Part shown: positions 49,007-57,576 of the stretch, one piece after another
How positions within the stretch are numbered: position 1 is the stretch's first letter
Layout of the letters: each line of letters begins with the position of its first letter
Assembly: GCA_963818645.1 (NCBI GenBank)
Contig: CAWFTF010000011.1
Span: forward strand, 85,597-149,596
Source: an uncultured Acidobacteriota bacterium
Lineage (GTDB): Bacteria; Acidobacteriota; Vicinamibacteria; Vicinamibacterales; UBA2999
Direction of reading: 5' to 3'
Length of the DNA stretch: 64,000 nt
Notes under the pieces: model-generated
Databases searched by the model: none
What the model was told of the DNA's origin: nothing
Seen by the model: the letters and a program-made list of their open reading frames with translations, nothing else
Position numbers and translations under genes: made by a program

Positions 49007-51478
49007 CTATGGTGCTGTGGCGGTCGAGACCGGCGCCTGATCGCGGGCGCGCGTCGTGCTCATCGTGAACGGCGTGCTTCGCGCGATGCCGACGATGAGC
49101 GACGACCATCGGTAGCCGCCAGGTGCCGCGTTCTTCGTGATCTGCCGAATCGCCGGAAGGTCGGTCGATTCGACGCTGCGTCCGAGCGCAAATCCCATCA
49201 GCTTCTGCGTGAACGTGCGCGCGAAGTCCTCCTGATGGCTCCCCATCAACTGGCGCAGGCCGGTCACGCCGTCGAATTTCGTGCCGTCCGGAAGCGCTGC
49301 AGACGCATCGACCGGGAGTGCATCGACTGAGGTGCGCCACTTGCCCAGCGCGTCGAAGTTCTCGAGCGAGAAGCCGAGCGGATCCATGCGGACGTGGCAC
49401 ACCGCGCACGACGGGTTCTTGCGGTGCGCTTCCATCTGTTCGCGGATCGATTGCGGACGCTCTGTCGATCCTTCCTTGAGCGTCGGAACATCCGGCGGCG
49501 GCGGTGGTGGTGGCGCCCCGAGGACGTTGTCGAGCAGCCATCGCCCGCGCAGCACCGGCGACGTGCGATTCGGGTACGACGTCACGGTCAGGATGCTGCC
49601 TTGTCCGAGCAGTCCCCCGCGCCTGCCGTCGGCGAACGTCACGCGCCTGAAGTGGCTGCCATACACGTTCGGGATCTGGTAGTGACGCGCGAGCCGCTCG
49701 TTGACGTAGGTGTAGTTGGCCGTCAGAAGCTCGCCAACGCTGCGATCCTCTCGCAGTTGCGTCTGGACGAACAGCCGCGTCTCCTGACGAAACGCGTCGC
49801 GCAGGTTCTCGTCGAATTCCGGATACGCGTCGACGTCGGGCACGACGCCGGCCAGCTTGTTGAGCGTCAGCCACTGGCTCACGAAGTTGTCGATCAGCGC
49901 CTCGGATCGCCGGTCGGCGAGCATCCGCTTCACCTGCTGCTCGAGAACGGCAGGCGTGCTGAGGGTTCCCCGCGTCGCCGCATCCAGCAGTTGATCGTCC
50001 GGAATGCTGCTCCACAGGAAGAACGAGAGCCGCGACGCCAGGTCGATGTCATTGAGCCGATACACCGAGCCAGGCAGCGAGTTCGCCGGCTCGCGCTCGA
50101 TGCGGAACAGGAAGCTCGGTGACGCCAGCATCCGCCGCAGCGCACGCTGGATGCCGGCGTCGAATCCCTCTTCCGCCTGACCCGTGCGATAGAACGTGAG
50201 CAGCGTCTCGAGATCCTGTTCGGTTACAGGACGTCGATAGGCGCGACGCGCGAGCCTGGACAGGATCGTCCGCGCACAGCGTTCATCGGCAGACGTTGCC
50301 GTCGCAGGACGACAGACGAACACCGCTTTGCGGCTTGGCGTGTCCGTCGCCGGCTTCGCGGAGTACGGGCCGGCGATGGTGACGATGTCCACGGAGGGGT
50401 TGCCGTAATACAGCTCGTTGGTCGTGCGCGCGAATCCGCGCTGCGGTGGCTGCAGGATGCCTTCGGGCTCCCAGTGCCGTTTGACGAACGACACGCCGAC
50501 GTTGTGTTCACCCGCCGTCACCGGAATGCTCACCGTCAGACCCTCGTCCGCGGTGTGCATGTAGACTTCCCAGCCCGGCTCGCCTTGCGTGTTGCCCGCG
50601 AAGCTCTCGGGCGCCGTCCGGCCTTTGCCTTCGCCGCCGATCGTGAAGCGCTTGATCAGCGAGCCATCCAGGCGGATGTCGATCTGGTGCGGCTCACCCA
50701 TGCCGATCAGATACAGGTAGAGCTGACGCTTCAGCAGCACCTTGATGCGGTACTCGCCATCGAGCGGGAAGTGATACGGAACGGAGATGCCGCCGCGCGA
50801 TCCGAACGGCAGGTCGTCGCTGATGCGATCGTCCTGCGCCAGCGCCGTCGGAATCTTGAATGCGTTCTCGACGGTGCCGAGCGAGCGGTCGCCGACGGCG
50901 AGTCTGCTCACTGTGCCGGCCGCTGAGAGGTAGTTCTCCAGGAGTCGCGGCGAGACCGAGAGCACGCCCGCCACGTTGTCGAAGCCCTGCTGATCCGGTT
51001 CGTCGGCGGGCAGCAGCGATCGCCCATCAACGTCGAGCGACAACAGATCGCGAACCGCGTTCACGTACTCTGTCCGGTTCAGGCGATGGACGATGACGCG
51101 ACCGGGATCGGGATGGGCGGTGGCCGCGGCGTCAAGTGCGGCTTCCAGCGTCGAGGTCGCGCGTTCGTAGGTGTCGCGGTCGGGTCTGGGGAGTCCCGGC
51201 GGCGGCATCTCGCGCGTGCGCAGCTTGCGCGCGACGCGCTCCCACGTGTCGGCGTCGCGACCGACACTCGTCATGTCGAAGCCATCGAGCACGAGGCCGG
51301 CGGTTTTCAGTCGCTGGTTGTGGCAGGTGATGCAGTAGCGATCGAGAACCGGCCGGACTTCCGTCGTTGCAACTTCGGCCTGGGACAGCCGCGCCGCATG
51401 CGGGTGAGCGTGCCAATAACCGAGCGCGGCGATCAACGCCCCACAGCCAACCAACCACGCCGCCCTGGGTTTCAGCAT
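49007..51478 (-). CDS. DUF1592/DUF1595/DUF1587/DUF1588/DUF1585-type multidomain protein with two CxxCH haem-c motifs
   Basis: 823 aa with an N-terminal anchor/signal, CITCH near the N-terminus and CAVCH...DPLGF.LENFD near the C-terminus. This is the architecture of the planctomycete-type PSD/PSCyt family that pairs with DUF1552. Confidence 0.8.
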   Translation of the reverse strand: MLKPRAAWLVGCGALIAALGYWHAHPHAARLSQAEVATTEVRPVLDRYCITCHNQRLKTAGLVLDGFDMTSVGRDADTWERVARKLRTREMPPPGLPRPDRDTYERATSTLEAALDAAATAHPDPGRVIVHRLNRTEYVNAVRDLLSLDVDGRSLLPADEPDQQGFDNVAGVLSVSPRLLENYLSAAGTVSRLAVGDRSLGTVENAFKIPTALAQDDRISDDLPFGSRGGISVPYHFPLDGEYRIKVLLKRQLYLYLIGMGEPHQIDIRLDGSLIKRFTIGGEGKGRTAPESFAGNTQGEPGWEVYMHTADEGLTVSIPVTAGEHNVGVSFVKRHWEPEGILQPPQRGFARTTNELYYGNPSVDIVTIAGPYSAKPATDTPSRKAVFVCRPATATSADERCARTILSRLARRAYRRPVTEQDLETLLTFYRTGQAEEGFDAGIQRALRRMLASPSFLFRIEREPANSLPGSVYRLNDIDLASRLSFFLWSSIPDDQLLDAATRGTLSTPAVLEQQVKRMLADRRSEALIDNFVSQWLTLNKLAGVVPDVDAYPEFDENLRDAFRQETRLFVQTQLREDRSVGELLTANYTYVNERLARHYQIPNVYGSHFRRVTFADGRRGGLLGQGSILTVTSYPNRTSPVLRGRWLLDNVLGAPPPPPPPDVPTLKEGSTERPQSIREQMEAHRKNPSCAVCHVRMDPLGFSLENFDALGKWRTSVDALPVDASAALPDGTKFDGVTGLRQLMGSHQEDFARTFTQKLMGFALGRSVESTDLPAIRQITKNAAPGGYRWSSLIVGIARSTPFTMSTTRARDQAPVSTATAP

Positions 51479-51603
51479 CTCGGCTTTGACAACCCTGTCA
51501 GACTCCCAAAGTCTGAAGGAAAACGAGGGGAAGTCAAATACCGAGTTTTAGGTGCCGAGCCCCGGCTGGATTAGGATTAGCGCCGAATTTGGAGGTGCGC
51601 CTC

Positions 51604-52590
51604 GTGGTCAACGCCGCGTCCGTTTTTGCCTCCCTGCTGGTGGTGGCCTTTCTGGCGGTTACCGGCCACCGGATCGACGCATCACAGCAGGCACCCAAAC
51701 CCGACTCACCTGAGGTTCAGCAGCTCCTCGAGGCGGCGAAGAAGAGCGCCGGCACCGAATGGGCCGAGGCGTTCGACTTCATCTGCGCGCTGAATGCCGG
51801 TCGCGCGAACAGTCCCACCGATCCGGTCATCGAGCCGACGAAGGTCTTCGATAACCTCTACGTGATCGGCCGCACGAGCACCGCGGTGTGGGCCGTCACG
51901 ACCTCCGCGGGCATCGTCCTCATCGATGCCGGCTACGGCGATCAGCTCGAGTCGGTGCTGTTGCCGGGGATGAAGACGCTCGGTCTCGATCCCGGGCAGG
52001 TGAAGTACGTGATCGTTGGCCACGGCCACGGCGATCACTTCGGAGGCGCCGCCTACTTCCAGCAGCGCGGCGCGCGGATCGTCCTGGCGGGCCCCGATTG
52101 GGATCTCGTTGAGACGCCGCCTCCCGCCGGGCGCGGTGCCGCGGCCGTTCAGCCACCGAAGCGCGACATCGTTGCGGTGGAAGGACAGGCGATCACGGTC
52201 GGCGATGTCTCGTTTACTCCAGTGATGATTCCAGGCCACACTCCCGGCTCGATGGGCGTGATCTTCCCAGTGAAGGACGGGCGCACGACGCACATCGCCG
52301 GATTGTTCGGTGGAAGCATCCTGACCCCGGGCCGCATCTCCGATGAGGGCCTTCAGCAGTACATCAATTCCGTCGAGCACTGGGGCGACGTCACTCGACG
52401 GATGAAGGTCGAGGTCGAAATTCAGAATCACCCGATGTATGACGGCTTTGTCGCCAAGCTCGAACGCTTGAAGCAGCGCAAGCCGGGCGATCCCAACCCG
52501 TTCCTGGTCGGCAGCGATTCGTATCAACGATTCGTGAGCGTGATGGCAGGTTGCGAGAAGGTGCAGCTGGCCCGTCGCAAAGGAGCGTAG
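51604..52590 (+). CDS. Exported metallo-beta-lactamase-fold hydrolase (subclass B3-like)
   Basis: Motifs HGHGDH and ...MIPGHTPGS... GTG 51604 follows GGAGGTG. The ORF track offers TTG 51589 as an alternative start. Confidence 0.75.
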   Translation: MVNAASVFASLLVVAFLAVTGHRIDASQQAPKPDSPEVQQLLEAAKKSAGTEWAEAFDFICALNAGRANSPTDPVIEPTKVFDNLYVIGRTSTAVWAVTTSAGIVLIDAGYGDQLESVLLPGMKTLGLDPGQVKYVIVGHGHGDHFGGAAYFQQRGARIVLAGPDWDLVETPPPAGRGAAAVQPPKRDIVAVEGQAITVGDVSFTPVMIPGHTPGSMGVIFPVKDGRTTHIAGLFGGSILTPGRISDEGLQQYINSVEHWGDVTRRMKVEVEIQNHPMYDGFVAKLERLKQRKPGDPNPFLVGSDSYQRFVSVMAGCEKVQLARRKGA

Positions 52591-52591
52591 G

Positions 52592-53719
52592 ATGACGCGC
52601 CGCGGGTTTCTTCGACACACCGGAAGGCTCGCGGCAAGCGGGCTGACGGCGGCGGCGATTGCGGATCGACTCGCGAAGGACACCACGGCACAGAACGTTC
52701 GCAAGACTGCCGGACGACGCCCGCAGCGCGTGGCGGTGATCGGCGTCGATCACTATCACGCGACATCCACACCGAACTACCTGCGCATCCTGCAGAACGA
52801 GAAGGTGGACATCCTCGGTGTCCACGCGCCAGACGACGCGATCGCGGCGAAGTGGGCGGGCGAGTACAACAGCACGCCCTACACCGACTACCGCGTGATG
52901 ATCGAGAAGACGAAGCCCGAGTTCGTCGTCGCGCTCGGCAAGCATGTCGCGATGCCGGCAGAGTTCCGGTTCCTCGTGGATACCGGTATCCCGTTCCTCA
53001 TGGAGAAGCCATGGGGCATCGACGACAAGACGGTGAACGAACTCGCGGATCTCGCCGAGTCGAAGCACGCGTGGGCCGCGGTGCCGATGCCGTTTCGCTA
53101 CAGCCTGTTTGCGGAGACGGCCGTCGAGATGCGTCAGCGGAACGAGCTCGGGACGATCTCGCACATGCTCTTCCGCTTCAACCAGCCTGGTGTTCAACGG
53201 TACGTCGATCTGGGAAGCCCATGGATGCTGTCGAAGGCGGACGCCGGCGGCGGCGCCCTCGTCAACCTCGGTATTCACGGAATCGATCTGTTCCGCTACA
53301 TCACGTCCGAGGAACCGCAGGTCGTGTCCGCCGTGACGAGCCACGCGGTGCACAAACGCGAGGTGGAAGACTACGCTCACGTCACGCTGCGGACTCCGAG
53401 CGGCATCGTGTTCCTCAACGAAGCGAGCTACACGTACCCGGGAACCGGGGGAGACCAGGAGCGAAAGCTGTCGGCGCAGAAGATGTTCCTGCGCGCGACA
53501 ACCAGCGGCGGCGAGGGTGTGCAGATCGTTGGCCCCGGTCGCGATGAAACACGCCGCGCGCCCGAGGGGTATCTGAGTGGCTGGCCGAGAGTGGTGCACG
53601 AGTGTCTCGAGCGAATCGGACGTGGCGAGCCGCCGCCGGCGTCGGCTCGCGACTGCGCTCGTGCGGTGTCGTTGATCTTCGATGCGTATCGAATGGCGGG
53701 TGAGGTTGCCCGTTCGTAG
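52592..53719 (+). CDS. Gfo/Idh/MocA-family oxidoreductase with Tat signal
   Basis: 375 aa. It has MTRRGFLRHTG...AA and a Rossmann start RVAVIGVDHYHA. Confidence 0.8.
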   Translation: MTRRGFLRHTGRLAASGLTAAAIADRLAKDTTAQNVRKTAGRRPQRVAVIGVDHYHATSTPNYLRILQNEKVDILGVHAPDDAIAAKWAGEYNSTPYTDYRVMIEKTKPEFVVALGKHVAMPAEFRFLVDTGIPFLMEKPWGIDDKTVNELADLAESKHAWAAVPMPFRYSLFAETAVEMRQRNELGTISHMLFRFNQPGVQRYVDLGSPWMLSKADAGGGALVNLGIHGIDLFRYITSEEPQVVSAVTSHAVHKREVEDYAHVTLRTPSGIVFLNEASYTYPGTGGDQERKLSAQKMFLRATTSGGEGVQIVGPGRDETRRAPEGYLSGWPRVVHECLERIGRGEPPPASARDCARAVSLIFDAYRMAGEVARS

Positions 53720-53731
53720 CAGGAGGCAGCA

Positions 53732-54313
53732 ATGATGCGCGCGCTTCTTACCTCAGTTGTTCTCGTCAGCGTGCTCGCCGTCGGCGGCCTGCTGGCGCAG
53801 TCGGCCGGTGATACGTTGTGGCGGCCGAAGACCGGTCCGGCTCCGAGCCTCGTTCCGCCAGGCACGCCTGCACCCGGCAGTGCCGAGTCGGCCGCGATTG
53901 CCGAAGTGATCGCCTTCGAGAAGGCGACTGAGGCAGCCGTGGTGCGAGGCGACACGGCCTATCTCGAGCGCGCACTGGCTCCGACGTTTCTCTTCACGCA
54001 CGGCGATGGCTGGGTGGACGGCGGCGCGCCGCTCAAGATCGATACGAAGGCGAGCTGGATCGAGTACGTGAAGAGAAAGCCGTCGCCCTACATCTATCGC
54101 GAGCTCGATCATCAGCAGGTGGAGCTGCACGGCGATGTGGCGATCACGCTGGGGCGCTACTTCTATCTTCCGCAGTCGAACAACGGCAACGCGGCGCACA
54201 TGCACGTCTGGTTCGAGCGCGTGTATGCGAAGCGGAACGGTCAGTGGCAGCAGCTCTCGCATCGCACGGTGAAGGGACCGCTGCGCGATGATGCGGCGAG
54301 AAGCACTCAGTAG
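53732..54313 (+). CDS. Exported DUF4440/SnoaL-like (NTF2-fold) protein
   Basis: 193 aa with a signal peptide and ...FEKA.....V.GD...LE..LA..F.F........ AGGAGG RBS. Confidence 0.6.
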   Translation: MMRALLTSVVLVSVLAVGGLLAQSAGDTLWRPKTGPAPSLVPPGTPAPGSAESAAIAEVIAFEKATEAAVVRGDTAYLERALAPTFLFTHGDGWVDGGAPLKIDTKASWIEYVKRKPSPYIYRELDHQQVELHGDVAITLGRYFYLPQSNNGNAAHMHVWFERVYAKRNGQWQQLSHRTVKGPLRDDAARSTQ

Positions 54314-54330
54314 ACTGCCTGGAGAATCTC

Positions 54331-55278
54331 ATGCGTATCGTCTCGCTGTTCGTGCTCGCGCTGTCCTTGTTTGCCAGTCAGGCAGCCGCGCAGTCGTGGA
54401 CGCCTCCCGCCGACGATCAGCGCTGTCCCTCGAAGTGGGGCGCCACAGACGAGCGGGGCGCGGGGAACCACATGAAGCCGGAGACCGTCCTGCGCGCCGC
54501 ACGTCTGATCAAGACCGGTGAAGTCTTCGAGCTCGGGCGCGTGCTGTCCGAATCGATGCCAATGCCAGCAGGCCGGCGATTCGAGATTCTCACCAAGCGC
54601 ACGAGGAACGATCCCGGCACCAACCATCGCGGCTCGAACGAGGAACTCGTCGTGGCCGAGATCGGTCAGGTCGGCACGCAGTTCGACACCTTCAGCCACC
54701 AGATGATCGGCTCGAGCATGTACAACTGCCTGAAGCTCGAAGACATCGCGAGCCGTACGGGCTTCACGAAGCTTGGTGTGCAGCAGGTTGGCGCGCTCGT
54801 CACGCGCGGAGTCCTGATCGACGTCGCCGCGCTGAAACGTACGCCGGTGCTCGCCGAGAACTACGAGATCACGCCACAGGATCTGCAGCAGGCGCTCGCC
54901 GAGCAGAAGCTCACCCTGCAGCCCGGCGACGCGGTGCTCATTCACACGGGATGGGGCACGCTCTGGGGGAAAGACAACGCGCGCTATCAGCGCGTGAGTC
55001 CCGGCATCGGCACGGCTGCTGCCGAGTGGCTCGCGAAGCAGGACCCGATGCTCGTCGGCTCGGATAACACCGCCGTCGAGATCTCGCCGAATCCCAACCC
55101 GCAACTTGCCGGCCCGGTGCATCAGATCATGCTGGTGGTCAACGGCATACACCTGCTCGAGAACCTTCGGCTCGACGAGCTCGCGGCGCGGCGTGCGCAC
55201 GAGTTCGCGCTCATCGTCGAGCCGCTCAAGATTCAGGGCGGCACCGGATCGACCGTGGCGCCAATTGCGATCAGGTGA
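54331..55278 (+). CDS. Exported cyclase-family protein (kynurenine-formamidase-like fold)
   Basis: 315 aa with a signal peptide, the GQVGTQFDTFSH variant of the HxGTHxDxPxH motif, and ...GDAVLIHTGW... Confidence 0.7.
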   Translation: MRIVSLFVLALSLFASQAAAQSWTPPADDQRCPSKWGATDERGAGNHMKPETVLRAARLIKTGEVFELGRVLSESMPMPAGRRFEILTKRTRNDPGTNHRGSNEELVVAEIGQVGTQFDTFSHQMIGSSMYNCLKLEDIASRTGFTKLGVQQVGALVTRGVLIDVAALKRTPVLAENYEITPQDLQQALAEQKLTLQPGDAVLIHTGWGTLWGKDNARYQRVSPGIGTAAAEWLAKQDPMLVGSDNTAVEISPNPNPQLAGPVHQIMLVVNGIHLLENLRLDELAARRAHEFALIVEPLKIQGGTGSTVAPIAIR

Positions 55279-55319
55279 GCGCGGCACGTGCGGGCCGGTG
55301 GGCCGGTCTGGAGAATTGA

Positions 55320-55754
55320 ATGCGAATGCTCTTCGCGATCTCGTTGTGTGCTCTCACAGTGACGACTGCGGCCTCGGCGCAGAATGGCTCGGGCGCCGCG
55401 CGCGCCGAGGCTGCGGTCCGTACGGTTGTCGCCAGCTACGTCGACGCCCGCGAGAAGCAGGACGCGGCCGCCATCGGGGCGCTGTTTACTGACGATGCCG
55501 ATCAATTCAATTCGTCGGGTGAATGGCGCCGAGGTCGAGAGGCGATCGTCAAGGGCACGTTGCAGTCGTCGCAGCGAAACGCCGGTGCGAGGAACATCAC
55601 GCTCAAGGCAGTGCGATTTCCGGCGCCCGGCCTCGCGATCGCTGATGGCGAGTACGGAATCGGTGAACAGCGCCTCTGGACGACGCTTGTGTTGACACGT
55701 CAGGGTGAGACTTGGAAAATCGCCGCAATCCGCAACATGGCGCCACGAAAATGA
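55320..55754 (+). CDS. Exported SgcJ/EcaC-like NTF2-fold protein (DUF4440)
   Basis: 144 aa with a signal peptide, ...Y..A....DA.A...LFT.DA......G....GR.AI..., ending ...WKIAAIRN. Confidence 0.6.
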   Translation: MRMLFAISLCALTVTTAASAQNGSGAARAEAAVRTVVASYVDAREKQDAAAIGALFTDDADQFNSSGEWRRGREAIVKGTLQSSQRNAGARNITLKAVRFPAPGLAIADGEYGIGEQRLWTTLVLTRQGETWKIAAIRNMAPRK

Positions 55755-56868
55755 GAATCGTATCGATCCTGCGGTGTGTAGTCGTGGCCTGCATTGTCGC
55801 AGGCGTGTCGACAGTGACTGCGCAAGGTCCGGCGCTCGCACCACCGCGGCCGTTCCGCAGTTGCAAGTGGACCCGTTCTGGCCGAAGCCACTGCCGAATA
55901 ACTGGATTCTCGGCCAGGTGTCGGGCGTTGCGGTGGACAAGCGCGGACACGTCTGGATCATTCAGCGCCCGCGCTCGCTGAGCGATCGCGAGCTCGGCGC
56001 GCAACAGAAGCCGGCCTGGAGCAAGTGCTGCGTCGCGGCGCCACCGGTCATCGTCTTCGATCAATCCGGCAACGTGGTTCGCGCGTGGGGCGGACCAGGC
56101 ACGGGTTACGAGTGGCCCGAGAGCGAGCACGGTGTTTTCGTGGACGACACCGACTCGGTGTGGATCGCCGGCAACGGCAACAAAGACTCGCAGATCCTGA
56201 AGTTCACGCTCGAGGGCAAGTTCGTGATGCAGATCGGGCGAAGCGGACAGTCGAAGGGGAGCAACGACACGGCGAACCTCGGAAGTCCTGCAGATATCAA
56301 CGTCGATATCGCCGCTCACGAGGTGTACGTCGCGGACGGCTACCGCAACCGTCGCGTGATTGTGTTCGACTCAGAGACCGGCACCTACAAGCGGCACTGG
56401 GGAGCGTACGGAAAACCACCGAGCGATGCGGCGACGCCCCCGTACGATCCAGCCAAGCCGCCCTCCACGCAGTTCGGTCAGCCGGTGCACTGCGTGCGGC
56501 TGGCCAAGGATGGATTGCTCTACGTCTGCGATCGCACCAACGATCGCTTTCAGATCTTCCGCAAAGACGGCACGTTCGTCTCGGAAGCCTTCTTCGAGAA
56601 GGACACGCGCCTCAACGGCTCGGTCTCGGAGTTGGCGTTTTCACCCGATCGCGAGCAGTCGCTGATCTATATGGTCGATGGTGTGAACAACGAGATGCGC
56701 ATCGTCGATCGAGCGACCAGCGCAGTGGTCGGTCGCGTCGGACGTCCCGGTCGATTCGCCGGTCAGTTCCACGTCGTCCACAACGTTGCCGTGGACGCGC
56801 AAGGCAACGTATACACGACCGAGGTGAATACCGGGCAGCGAGTACAGAAGTTCCGCCGCCTCGATTAG
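55751..56868 (+). pseudogene. Exported NHL-repeat beta-propeller protein, signal peptide out of frame
   Basis: ATG 55751 overlaps the previous stop and encodes MRIVSILRCVVVACIVAGVSTVTAQG. The mature part (QLQVDPFWPKPLPNNWILGQVSGVAVD...) is in the frame of ORF 55705..56868. One nt is missing near 55845. Confidence 0.7.
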
Positions 56869-56901
56869 ATTTCGCGCGGGAGTGAGTCTGAGGTCACCCG
56901 A

Positions 56902-56925
56902 AGGCGAGTTTTCCAAGACTCGCCT
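56902..56925. terminator. Hairpin between convergent genes
   Basis: AGGCGAGT-TTTCCAAG-ACTCGCCT, an 8-bp stem. Confidence 0.4.
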
Positions 56926-56941
56926 CGGGAGATCGATTCCG

Positions 56942-57391
56942 CTAGACGGTGACGCGAGAGCGCGGACGCGAGTCGCGCTTGGCCGGCTTGGCTGGCTTGC
57001 GCGTGCCCTCTGGCATCTTCGTCAGCGTCTCTTTGAAGATTGCGCCTTCGGCGCCGCCCGCCGTCCACTGTCCATCCAGTCGCCCGTTCTCGCCGATCGA
57101 GTAGACGACCACCGATGGCGTTCCGCCGAAGTAGCTGACGGAGAGCATGCCTCCTGCGAAGATGCCGACGCCGACGACCTGACTGTCGTCCTGCATCGTC
57201 CACCTCACGAGGTAGGTTTCTTTCATCTTGACGATATCGACGATCCCTTCGTAGGTCCCGCCGTCAGGATTGGTTCCCTCGCACGCGTACGTGCCAACGA
57301 GATCGCTCCCCGCACTCGTGGGTTCGGGAGCAGCGCACACCTGACCGACGACGCCGAAGATGACAAGACACGAGAGGACAGCTCTTACCAT
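56942..57391 (-). CDS. Small exported hypothetical protein with basic C-terminal tail
   Basis: 149-aa ORF with signal peptide MVRAVLSCLVIFGVVGQVCA, a beta-rich core and a KPAKPAKRDSRPRSR tail. No family recognised. Confidence 0.5.
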   Translation of the reverse strand: MVRAVLSCLVIFGVVGQVCAAPEPTSAGSDLVGTYACEGTNPDGGTYEGIVDIVKMKETYLVRWTMQDDSQVVGVGIFAGGMLSVSYFGGTPSVVVYSIGENGRLDGQWTAGGAEGAIFKETLTKMPEGTRKPAKPAKRDSRPRSRVTV

Positions 57392-57458
57392 TGCAACTCC
57401 GTGAATTTCAGCGCAGGTGACCGGTTGAGCGTTGTTACGCTTTTGACGCGAGCAGCAA

Positions 57459-57495
57459 GAGCCACGCCATGACTTCGTCGGTCATGGCGTGGCTC
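57459..57495. terminator. Perfect 15-bp hairpin downstream of the dehydrogenase gene
   Basis: GAGCCACGCCATGAC-TTCGTCG-GTCATGGCGTGGCTC. Confidence 0.5.
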
Positions 57496-57576
57496 TCGGT
57501 GCAGGCCGCGAGATCAATTCTACTGAAAGATGACGGTATATCGACTCCTGTCCGGGACAACGACTCGGATTCGTCC

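Noticed and set aside
47637-50015. 792-aa ORF taken at face value
   Set aside because: Only the part from MLITKK (ATG 48995) is DUF1552. The first ~340 codons are an out-of-frame read through the 3' end of the DUF1592 gene, and the last ~45 codons are out of frame because of the 47781 shift.
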